In this document: positions 1 through 7,821 of the stretch, one piece after another
How the letters are laid out: every line of letters begins with the position of its first letter
Numbering within the stretch: position 1 is the first letter of the stretch
Assembly (NCBI GenBank): GCA_036395115.1
Contig: DASWDU010000039.1
Coordinates: 2-64,001 of the forward strand
Direction of reading: 5' to 3'
Source: Thermoplasmata archaeon
Lineage (GTDB): Archaea > Thermoplasmatota > Thermoplasmata > RBG-16-68-12
Length of the DNA: 64,000 bases
Program-made: the position numbers and the translations under genes
The notes under the pieces: model-generated
Told to the model about the DNA's origin: nothing
The model's database searches: none
Seen by the model: only the letters and a program-made list of their open reading frames with translations

Positions 1-125
1 GGCTCGAAACCGGGCACCGATCAAACAAGCTTCCACTCCGGATCATGCCTGGACTGAAAGTGGTCCGACAGATCTCCCATGAATGGTGTCATGCTCGACA
101 TTCTGACAGCATGAAGCGACACCGC

Positions 126-176
126 ATGCAGATCATCTTGTGCTGCCGACGGCGCTCGGCCTCCGGGAAGCGGGCC
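126..176 (+). repeat. Copy A of a ~50-bp imperfect direct repeat. It begins with ATG and encodes MQIILCCRRRSASGKR...
   Basis: Aligned by eye to copy B at 1772-1823 (about 42 of 51 nt identical). Several of the differences are synonymous third-position changes. Confidence 0.5.
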
Positions 177-364
177 ATATGGAGGGCGAGTTCGCGATGA
201 CTTAAGAAGGCTCCGGGTTCAACATCCTTTTCCACGTGCAAGGTCCGTCGGATCAGCATCCGCGCGTCCTCCGGACACTGATCCTTTTGTGCTGACTCAA
301 CGAGGCGCCCGGCCCAGGCGCAGTCGACTCTGGGTCGGGATCCGATCCCGGCCGGGCGTTCCAC

Positions 365-775
365 CTAGGGAACGCGGCTCCTGCCTACGACGACGGCGAG
401 CTCCCGCGGCTTTCCATCTTTGAACACGGCCTTCGGAAGACAGGCCATGGAGAACGCCGCGGCCGATATCAGAACGGAGTCCAAGCGTCGACCAAGGTCT
501 GTCAAACGATACTCTATCCGGATCGGAGCCTGAGAGACGATCAGTCTTTCGACGATCCGGAGGCGCTGCAATTCCTTCAGCCTTCGGGAGAGAATTTTGG
601 GCGTGATGCCCTTCACGTTCTCCTGCAGTCGGTTGAAGTGAGTCACACCAAAGAACAACTCCCTGAGGATTAGGACGGTCCAGCGCTTCCCGACGATGCG
701 AAAGGTCGTCTCGATCGGACATGCCCTCAACTCGGCGATTCCGTAAATCCGTGCCACCATACCTTCCGTAGCCAC
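365..775 (-). CDS. HxlR-family winged-helix transcriptional regulator
   Basis: 136 aa. The motif CPIETTFRIVGKRWTVLILRELFFG...FNRLQE...ITPKILSRRLKELQ is typical of the HxlR/MarR-like HTH. Divergent from the NmrA gene. Confidence 0.8.
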   Translation of the reverse strand: MATEGMVARIYGIAELRACPIETTFRIVGKRWTVLILRELFFGVTHFNRLQENVKGITPKILSRRLKELQRLRIVERLIVSQAPIRIEYRLTDLGRRLDSVLISAAAFSMACLPKAVFKDGKPRELAVVVGRSRVP

Positions 776-847
776 GCCACTCCCCCGATGCCAGGTTTCC
801 GAAAGGATAGGGAGCGTTTATCACTTTCTATTGTATACTTACTATCC

Positions 848-1705
848 ATGGCCGAGACGATGACGATCCTTGTTGCGGGAGCGACAGGGCATCAGGGAGG
901 GGCCGTGTCGCGGAGCCTCCTCAAGAGGGGGCATCGGGTGAGAGCGCTCACCCGAAATCCAACCAGGGCAAGGCCATTGGAGACGCTCGGGGCTCAAGTG
1001 GTCCAGGGGGACCTCACCGATTTTCGCAGTGTGGTAAACGCACTCCGCGAAGCCGACGGGCTTTTCGTTATGACCACCCCCTTCGAAAGAGGCCTCGACG
1101 ACGAGGTGCGCCAAGGGACCACGGCTCTGGACGCGGCCAAGGAGGTTGGGGTGGGGCACGTGGTCCTCACGTCAGTGTCCGGCGCAGACCAGAATTCAGG
1201 GATTCCCCACTACGAGACGAAGGCTCGGGTCGAGGAACACTTGCACGGCATTGGGATTCCTGGGACGATCGTAAGGCCGGTCCTGTTCATGGAGACTCTC
1301 TTGTCCCCACGAATGCTCCCAGGCATCCAATCGGGGACTCTGGCGTTGCCCGTGAAGCCGGAAACCAAGGTGAGGCTGGTGGCGGTCAAGGACATCGGTG
1401 AGATCGTTGCAAGGGCCTTCGAGCGTCCCGAGAAAGGGACGGCCCGGGCCTGGGACCTTGCCGGCGATTCGAGGACCATGCCGGAGGCGGCCGCATTTCT
1501 GTCGAAAAAGCTGGAGCGACAGGTGAAATTCGTGCAGCTCCCAGAAGATCGGGCGCTCCAGGCCATGGGTGAGGGCATGTTGAAAATGTTTCACTGGTTG
1601 GATGCCCGAGGACCTAGCACCGAAGTCGCCGCGCTCGAGGAACATTGGGAGTACCGGATGACTCGACTCGAGACGTTCCTAAACGAAGCTCGCTTGCAGC
1701 TCTGA
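848..1705 (+). CDS. NmrA-family NAD(P)-binding protein (atypical SDR)
   Basis: N-terminus MAETMTILVAGATGHQGGAVSRSLLKRGHRVRALTRNP is a Rossmann GxxGxxG. The HxlR+NmrA divergent pair is a classic arrangement. The ATG at 848 is in frame within ORF 788-1705. Confidence 0.8.
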   Translation: MAETMTILVAGATGHQGGAVSRSLLKRGHRVRALTRNPTRARPLETLGAQVVQGDLTDFRSVVNALREADGLFVMTTPFERGLDDEVRQGTTALDAAKEVGVGHVVLTSVSGADQNSGIPHYETKARVEEHLHGIGIPGTIVRPVLFMETLLSPRMLPGIQSGTLALPVKPETKVRLVAVKDIGEIVARAFERPEKGTARAWDLAGDSRTMPEAAAFLSKKLERQVKFVQLPEDRALQAMGEGMLKMFHWLDARGPSTEVAALEEHWEYRMTRLETFLNEARLQL

Positions 1706-1771
1706 AGAGCCGCTGGCCAGCCGATTCCACCGGCCGAAATCCGCGCCGGCTAACATTAGAGGTGACATTAG

Positions 1772-1823
1772 ATGCAGATTACCGTGTGCAATCGGCGGCG
1801 CTCGGCCTCGGGGAAGCGGGACC
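1772..1823 (+). repeat. Copy B of the ~50-bp direct repeat. It begins with ATG and encodes MQITVCNRRRSASGKR...
   Basis: See copy A. The two copies flank the hxlR-nmrA cassette. Confidence 0.5.
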
Positions 1824-1932
1824 TGGCGGTGTGCTATCGAGCCGAGGTCCCCAAGGGTCTCGGGTTGCGAGGTTGGTCAGACCTGCCCGACCATCTCCGA
1901 GATGGACGCCTTCCCACGGTCCCGCATGCGCG

Positions 1933-2469
1933 TCAGAGCTCGGCACCGACGAACGCTGCGACGCCGCCCGCGAGGACGAGGATCGCATCCATCCCGTAGC
2001 CTAAGATCAACAGGAAGAATCCGATCACCGCGGTCAGGAATCCCGCCACCGCGAGGCGCCCGCGCGGGAACAGGAGCGCGGTCCCGGCCCGGTAGATCCG
2101 GAAGGCTTCCCACAGAGCCGCGAGGCCCAGGAAGACCCGCGCGAGGAACGTCCATGCCGTCAGCGACTCGACCGTGGGCGACGACCCGACGCCCGTCCCG
2201 ATCGCCAGGAGGACGCGAGCGCCGCCCACGCCCGCGAGGACCGCGCCGACGATGGCGACGACGGACCGAATCGTGAATCGGCCGAACAGTTTGCGCGAGA
2301 ACATACGGCCCCATCCGGCGGCGGCCCTTATGGACCTTGCGCCGGGGTGCTGCCCCTCGATGACCCGTCGGACTCGATGCGCGGTCGCGGCACCGCCCAC
2401 GTTCAGCGATATCTCCGCACGTGCTCGGCCATCCTCCCCGATGGAAAGGTCCTCCGAACCCTTTATCAA
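1933..2469 (-). CDS. Small polytopic membrane protein, paralog 1 (hypothetical)
   Basis: Hydrophobic segments. The C-terminal 100 aa align with the product of 2514-2894 (FRIYRAGTALLFPRGRLAVAGFLTAV vs SRIYRSSKAMLFARARLTAAGILTAG). The real start is probably the internal Met at MFSRKLFG. Confidence 0.5.
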   Translation of the reverse strand: MIKGSEDLSIGEDGRARAEISLNVGGAATAHRVRRVIEGQHPGARSIRAAAGWGRMFSRKLFGRFTIRSVVAIVGAVLAGVGGARVLLAIGTGVGSSPTVESLTAWTFLARVFLGLAALWEAFRIYRAGTALLFPRGRLAVAGFLTAVIGFFLLILGYGMDAILVLAGGVAAFVGAEL

Positions 2470-2513
2470 CCCGCGCCGCGGGCCGCCGCGTACGGCCGCG
2501 GATCTCCGACCGC

Positions 2514-2894
2514 CTAGAATGCCCTCGCCACGAGGGCGACGATGCCGCCGGCGAGGACGATAATCCCCGCCGTCCCTTGCCCAAGGAACACGAGGACGAC
2601 CCCGACACCCGCCGTGAGGATCCCGGCGGCCGTGAGACGGGCCCGCGCGAACAGCATCGCCTTGCTGCTCCGGTAGATCCGAGACGCTCCGAGGAGGGCT
2701 ACGAATCCCAGGATTACGGACAGGACGAGTTCCGCCGTCAGCGAGCCCGCGGAAGAGGCGGCCACGACGAAGACGAACAGGCCCCCTGCAACCGCCAAGA
2801 GCGCGCCCGCGAGCCCCAACATCCGACGCGTTGATTGACGACGACGGAACAAGCCACGAGCGAACAATGGGAGTCCCCGCGCGCGGCCCCCCAT
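2514..2894 (-). CDS. Small polytopic membrane protein, paralog 2 (hypothetical)
   Basis: Tandem duplicate of the upstream gene, same strand, with Gly/Ala-rich transmembrane helices. Confidence 0.5.
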   Translation of the reverse strand: MGGRARGLPLFARGLFRRRQSTRRMLGLAGALLAVAGGLFVFVVAASSAGSLTAELVLSVILGFVALLGASRIYRSSKAMLFARARLTAAGILTAGVGVVLVFLGQGTAGIIVLAGGIVALVARAF

Positions 2895-3032
2895 CTCCTT
2901 ATGGCTTTATGTGGGCGCGCTTCCGGCCCCGGATGCTGCCGGCTCGGAATCAGGGCCATAAATTGAACCCACGACGAATTGACTGCGATGGCCTCCGACC
3001 GCGAGCGGATCTCGCTCAGACGCACCAATCGT

Positions 3033-3479
3033 CTACTCGGGAATGAGGCCGGCGAAGACCTCGGGGATTTCATCGTAGCCCATCTTGTCGAGGAACTCGC
3101 GGCGGTTCGGGAGGATGAAATCGCGATCGAGGACTGCAATGGAGCGTCCGTCGGATGTGTTTGCTTCTACCGCCACAGCGAGGGCGTTCGGGCTCCTCGG
3201 TGGCCACGGCCATCGGGCAATCAATGCAGGGCATTCGGCGGTGGGGGTGCGCGGGCAAGCCAACGTGAGGCGACGCGGCCGAGGCGGCACCCAAAGCACA
3301 ATCGATGGTACGGCCCCTCGAGGGATCCGGATTCGTAGCGGGCGAACGAATCCGATCGGAAAGGCGGCTTGCCCAGACGGACGTTCACCGCGTCGTGAAG
3401 GCCCTGCATCCAATCGCTCATCCGGGGGCGACACCGCCGACAGGGCCAGCGGTCCGCGACGCCGTGAAGGACCCGCCAA
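3033..3479 (-). CDS. Hypothetical protein, possibly frameshifted. The C-terminus ...SIAVLDRDFILPNRREFLDKMGYDEIPEVFAGLIPE is convincing.
   Basis: Third-position GC is very high over the last ~40 codons. Upstream coding signal appears to continue in other frames (ORFs 3070-3294 and 3221-3655, minus strand), which suggests a disrupted gene. Confidence 0.3.
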   Translation of the reverse strand: MAGPSRRRGPLALSAVSPPDERLDAGPSRRGERPSGQAAFPIGFVRPLRIRIPRGAVPSIVLWVPPRPRRLTLACPRTPTAECPALIARWPWPPRSPNALAVAVEANTSDGRSIAVLDRDFILPNRREFLDKMGYDEIPEVFAGLIPE

Positions 3480-3891
3480 AGGGCTCGACCGAATCGAATC
3501 CGCGCGGCGAGCCCGATGGAGCCCATCGCGCGCATCTCATGGAAACGCATCGACTCAGCCCCGCCGTTTGCATCGGTCGCGATCTCGTTTTCCCGCAACG
3601 GCGCTGGTAACCTGTCATGATTGATAAGGAAACCGAGCGCCGTTCGACTTTGCACGGTAGCTCCCTATCGCTCCAAGTGGGACCGCGTAGGCTCGCATCG
3701 GAACCTTTTCCCGTGCGCGTTCCCTATCCACGCGGGTGAAGCGGAAAGAGCGTCCCCCGAAAGACTCCCGACCCAAGGAAAAACGGTTCCGGCATGGAGG
3801 GCGCAAGGGCCGACGCGACCGGAATCAACGGGATCGCGCGCGAAAATGACGGCCGACGATCCATGGTTCGGTCTGACGTGGGGGTGACACG

Positions 3892-4782
3892 GTGCCATTC
3901 GACTACGAGTTCCGGCTGAGGATCCGCGCGCCGCGACCCACGGTCTTCGAGCGGCTCCTGCGCATCGAACATCTGTCCCGCTGGTTCTGCGGTTGGTCGC
4001 GGATCGAGCCGAAGGTCGGCGGATCCTTCAAGTTCGGCGGGGAGACGTGCATCCTCCAGCCCGAAGGGAGAGGGTGGGAGACGACGATCGAGAAGGGAGA
4101 GGTGCTCCACAGCTTCGCCTTCACCTGGCCTATCCGGGGCACCGCGACCCAGGTGTCGTATGCCTTAGACGACGACGGCTCGGAGGCGACAATCCTCATC
4201 GCGCGCCACCTCGGCGTCCCGACCCGCGAAAGCACCTGCGGGACGATGCAGGACGCGTGGCGCATGTGCCTCGGCAATCTCAAGTCGATCGCGGAGGGTC
4301 GCACGGACAGCGTCCGGCCCGACCACTCGGCTGTGTCGACTCCCGAGCTCCGTCTCTCCGCCTTGATTGAAGCCGCATCGGGGCGGGTGTTCCACGCGCT
4401 GACGGACCCTGCTGAACTCGACGGATGGACGACGGGGGGTGTGCCCATGAAAAGAGCGAGCGCCGAGCTGCGCCCGGGCGGTCGACTCGCGTTCGGACGG
4501 GGCGAGGGACCCGATCAGATCCTCGAGATCGAACCGGGGCGGCGGATCGTCCTCCGCTGGCCACGCTCCCGGGGCGACCTCCGCGTCTCGCTGGAGCTCG
4601 AGGAGAAGGCGAGCGGGACGGCAATTTACCTCGTCGTGGCCGGATACGGCGACATCGGGAACCCGCAGATTCTCGAGGACCGAGGGTTGTGGTCCGATCT
4701 ATTCGTTTGCCTGAAGAACCAGGTCGAGAGTGGGCATGCGGGCTTCCTCAATGCCTACGAGGACCAGATGCGCGCCCGATGA
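3892..4782 (+). CDS. Tandem SRPBCC/AHSA1 (activator of Hsp90 ATPase-like) domain protein
   Basis: 296 aa with two roughly 140-aa halves. Each half has the Aha1/polyketide-cyclase-like pattern (FERLLRIEHLSRWF... and RVFHALTDPAELDGWTTGG...). Confidence 0.65.
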   Translation: MPFDYEFRLRIRAPRPTVFERLLRIEHLSRWFCGWSRIEPKVGGSFKFGGETCILQPEGRGWETTIEKGEVLHSFAFTWPIRGTATQVSYALDDDGSEATILIARHLGVPTRESTCGTMQDAWRMCLGNLKSIAEGRTDSVRPDHSAVSTPELRLSALIEAASGRVFHALTDPAELDGWTTGGVPMKRASAELRPGGRLAFGRGEGPDQILEIEPGRRIVLRWPRSRGDLRVSLELEEKASGTAIYLVVAGYGDIGNPQILEDRGLWSDLFVCLKNQVESGHAGFLNAYEDQMRAR

Positions 4783-4913
4783 AGGACGCCCCCGGCGAGG
4801 CTCGGCCAGTCCTTCAGGACGGACATCGCGGCGTTGTGACCCGCGGCGCCGATGAACCCCCAAGAGGATCGGCGGACGCTCTCCGGGGTCTCGCTAAAGT
4901 GGTTGGCCTGGCG

Positions 4914-5990
4914 TCACGCCTTCTTCCGCTCCGGTTCGAAGAACGGCCTCTCGACGACCGTGGCAGGCACCCGATGGCGCTCCCACTCGACCGACACCTC
5001 GATCTCGACCTGCGTCCCGAGGTCCGAGTACGGCGCCGCGACCGTGGCGATCGCGATGTATTTCTTCAGGATTGGCGACCAGCAGCCGCTCGTGGCCCAG
5101 CCGACTTGACGATACCCCGAGTAGAGTGGTACCTCGTCTCGCCACGGCTTCGATGGCGGCTGAGGCGGGAGCCCCATCTCCCAATAGTGCCTCTCGATCG
5201 ATCTCCAATCGATGTGAAGCCCGACCGTGCGCCGGGACGGTCCGCGAGCGTTCTCCTCGAGGAGCGCCTTCCTCCCGATGAACGCCCCTTTGTCGAGCGC
5301 CACAGCCCAGTCGAGGCTCAGTTCAAAGGGCGAGTACCGCTGCGCGTCGATGATCGCCTTTCGGGACGGCTTGTATTCGACTTCGCTGAGGATGAGACCG
5401 GCCTCGATCCGGGCGACGTCCAATGCGAGCATCCCGGCGGGCGTGATGTCATGGCCTCGTCCCTTCTCCAACAGCGTATCCCAAAGCGCCTCGGCCCGCT
5501 CCCGCTCGACCCAGATCTCGTAGCCCAAGTCCCCTGTGTAACCGGTCCGGGAGATTGTGGCCGGGATTCCCGCGAACTTCGTGGTCACGAAGCGGAAGTA
5601 CCGAAGCTTCTCGACGGCGCCGTCCGCGCCCTCCATGAGGATGGCCCGCGACGAGGGCCCTTGGAGGGCGAGCGCGCCGATCTCCTCGGACACATCCTCG
5701 ACTTCGACGTCCAGGCCCATCCCCGCGTCTTGCAGCCATTTGAGGTTCGCTTCTGCGGCGGTCAGGCGAAACGATCCGTCGCCGAGATTCCAGAGCGTGC
5801 CGTCGTCGATGGTCTTCCCGCGCTCGTCGCACCACGGCGTATAGTAGATCTGTCCCTTCGACAGCTTCGCCGCGTCGCGCGTCACGACCTTGTTCACAAG
5901 GTGCAGGGCGCCTTTCCCGCGGATCCGATACTTGTACAGCGGCGACACGTCCAAGAGGCCGGCGGAGTGGCGGATCGCGTAGTACTCCAT
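4914..5990 (-). CDS. Aminomethyltransferase-family protein (GcvT-like, folate-binding)
   Basis: AIRHSAGLLDVSPL, GSFRLTAAEAN, TGYTGDLGYEIWV and the C-terminal barrel are typical of the GcvT/DmdA/YgfZ fold. The N-terminus appears to extend upstream without a canonical start (see findings). Confidence 0.75.
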   Translation of the reverse strand: MEYYAIRHSAGLLDVSPLYKYRIRGKGALHLVNKVVTRDAAKLSKGQIYYTPWCDERGKTIDDGTLWNLGDGSFRLTAAEANLKWLQDAGMGLDVEVEDVSEEIGALALQGPSSRAILMEGADGAVEKLRYFRFVTTKFAGIPATISRTGYTGDLGYEIWVERERAEALWDTLLEKGRGHDITPAGMLALDVARIEAGLILSEVEYKPSRKAIIDAQRYSPFELSLDWAVALDKGAFIGRKALLEENARGPSRRTVGLHIDWRSIERHYWEMGLPPQPPSKPWRDEVPLYSGYRQVGWATSGCWSPILKKYIAIATVAAPYSDLGTQVEIEVSVEWERHRVPATVVERPFFEPERKKA

Positions 5991-6225
5991 CTCGGGGACG
6001 AGGGAGTACGACGAGGCCGCGAGGTATCCGGCCCAGCCGCGCCAGTCCCAGCTCTCGCAAAGCGCCGACGTCCGCGAATGAAAGGGCGATCCGCGTCGCA
6101 GTGTCCGAGCCTCCGAACCGGACGCGGACCGGCGAGAAACGATTTAATCCCTCCCCCGTTACCTCGCGCACCCCAGCTGGTCCCTCGCGATCGGACACGC
6201 GTTACGCGGGCATGGAGGCCGTCGA

Positions 6226-7818
6226 GTGGCGCACCAGTACGACGTCATCGTGATCGGCGGAGGCCACAACGGCCTCGTCACGGCCGCCTACCTCGCGCGG
6301 GCCGGCAAGCGGGTCGTCGTTCTCGAGCGCCGCCACGTCCTGGGTGGAGCCGCCGTCACGGAAGAGGTCTTCCCCGGGTTCAAGTTCACCGTCTGCTCGT
6401 ACGTCTGCAGCCTCCTCCGGCCCCAAATCATCCGGGATCTCGACCTGCCCTCGCACGGCTTCGAGGTGATCCCACAAGAGTCGAGCTTCATGCCGTTGCC
6501 GGACGGACGCTACCTGTTCTACCGAGGCGACGAACAGGACAGGTTCCAGGCGGTCGCGAAGTTCTCGCGGCGCGACGCCGAGGCGATGCCCCGCTTCGGC
6601 CGCGTGATGGCCCGGATGGCGAAATTCATCGCGCCCACGCTGACGATGACCCCGCCGGACCTCGGCTCGCTCCACCCTTCGGAGCTTCGGAAACTGTTGG
6701 CGCTCAACAAACAGGCGAAGACGCTGACGGAGGACGAGCTGTACACGTTCGCCCGACTCATGACGATGAGCGCGGCGGACTACCTCGACGAATGGTTCGA
6801 GACCGACGTCGTGAAGGCGGGGCTCTGCTCGAGTGGGATCATCGGCACGCTCCTCGGGCCGCGGTCCCCGGGAACGGCGTACGTGCTCATGCACCACTAC
6901 ATGGGCGAGATCGACGGGGCGTACCGCTCCTGGGGGTACGTCCGTGGCGGCATGGGAATGGTCAGCGAATCGATTGCCCGGGCGGCCCGGAGCTTCGGCG
7001 CGGAGATCCGGGTGAACGCGGACGTCCGGCGGATCCTCGTCCGCGACGGACGCGCGGTCGGCGTCGAGCTCGCGAACGGCGAGAAGATCTATGCGAGGGT
7101 GGTCGCATCGAGCGCCGACCCGAAGCGCACCTTTCTGAAATTCCTCGAACGGTCCGATTTGCCGCCCGATTTCGTCCGGGGCATCGAACACTTCAAGATC
7201 GAGGGTTCCTCGGGGAAGGTGAACCTCGCCCTCAACGAGGCGCCGAGCTTCTCGTGCCTCCCGGGAAACGGGCCGCTCCTCCAGGGGGCTATCTCGCTCG
7301 GCCCGAGCGTGGACTACATCGAGAAGGCGTACGACGACGCGAAGTACGGGGACTACTCGCACCGGCCCTACGTCGACATGTGCGTCCCTTCGACCCTCGA
7401 TCCGACCCTTGCGCCTCCGGGGAAGCACATCATGTCCTGCTTCATCCAATACGCGCCGTACACGCTCCGGAACGGGAACTGGGCGGACCGTCGGGAGGAA
7501 TTCGGGGAGACGGTCCTCGACACGATCGAGGAGTACGTCCCGGACATCCGAAAAATCATCCTCCATCGACAGGTGCTGAGCCCGTGGGACCTCGAGCAGA
7601 TGATCGGACTCACGGGAGGGAACATCTTCCACGGCGAGCTCACGCCGAACCAACTGCTGTTCCTGCGGCCCACCGCGGGCTGGTCGCAATATCGCTGTCC
7701 GATCCGGGCGCTGTACCTCTGCGGGTCGGGAGCCCATCCCGGCGGAGGCGTGATGGGGGCGCCCGGCTACAACGCCGCCCGTGAAATCCTCCGGGATTGG
7801 GCGCTCCTCAAGGTGTGA
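6226..7818 (+). CDS. FAD-dependent oxidoreductase, amine-oxidase/phytoene-desaturase (CrtI, COG1233) family, paralog 1
   Basis: N-terminus YDVIVIGGGHNGLVTAAYLARAGKRVVVLERRHVLGGAA (dinucleotide fold); 530 aa. The C-terminal motif LYLCGSGAHPGGGVMGAPGYNAAREIL is typical of the family. Confidence 0.8.
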   Translation: MAHQYDVIVIGGGHNGLVTAAYLARAGKRVVVLERRHVLGGAAVTEEVFPGFKFTVCSYVCSLLRPQIIRDLDLPSHGFEVIPQESSFMPLPDGRYLFYRGDEQDRFQAVAKFSRRDAEAMPRFGRVMARMAKFIAPTLTMTPPDLGSLHPSELRKLLALNKQAKTLTEDELYTFARLMTMSAADYLDEWFETDVVKAGLCSSGIIGTLLGPRSPGTAYVLMHHYMGEIDGAYRSWGYVRGGMGMVSESIARAARSFGAEIRVNADVRRILVRDGRAVGVELANGEKIYARVVASSADPKRTFLKFLERSDLPPDFVRGIEHFKIEGSSGKVNLALNEAPSFSCLPGNGPLLQGAISLGPSVDYIEKAYDDAKYGDYSHRPYVDMCVPSTLDPTLAPPGKHIMSCFIQYAPYTLRNGNWADRREEFGETVLDTIEEYVPDIRKIILHRQVLSPWDLEQMIGLTGGNIFHGELTPNQLLFLRPTAGWSQYRCPIRALYLCGSGAHPGGGVMGAPGYNAAREILRDWALLKV

Positions 7819-7821
7819 GCG

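Noticed and set aside
89-364. 91-aa minus-strand ORF in the lower-GC first 360 bp
   Set aside because: No motif, and it overlaps repeat copy A. It cannot be distinguished from a chance ORF.
3840-3900. GGGTGACACGGTG resembling the RNase P RNA CR-II motif (GGGUGAAANGGUG)
   Set aside because: No accompanying CR-I (GGAAAGUCCGGGCUCC) or P4 elements were found on either strand. The match overlaps the start region of the SRPBCC gene.
4425-7784. 1119-aa plus-strand ORF and other very long ORFs (6202-8142 minus, 12378-14438 minus, 22215-23753 plus, 47427-48650 plus, 9581-10891 minus)
   Set aside because: Their products are Arg/Pro/Gly-rich and low in complexity. They lie antisense to well-supported genes (gcvT-like, oxidoreductases, antiporter, carB and others). 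This is typical of spurious open frames in about 68% GC DNA.
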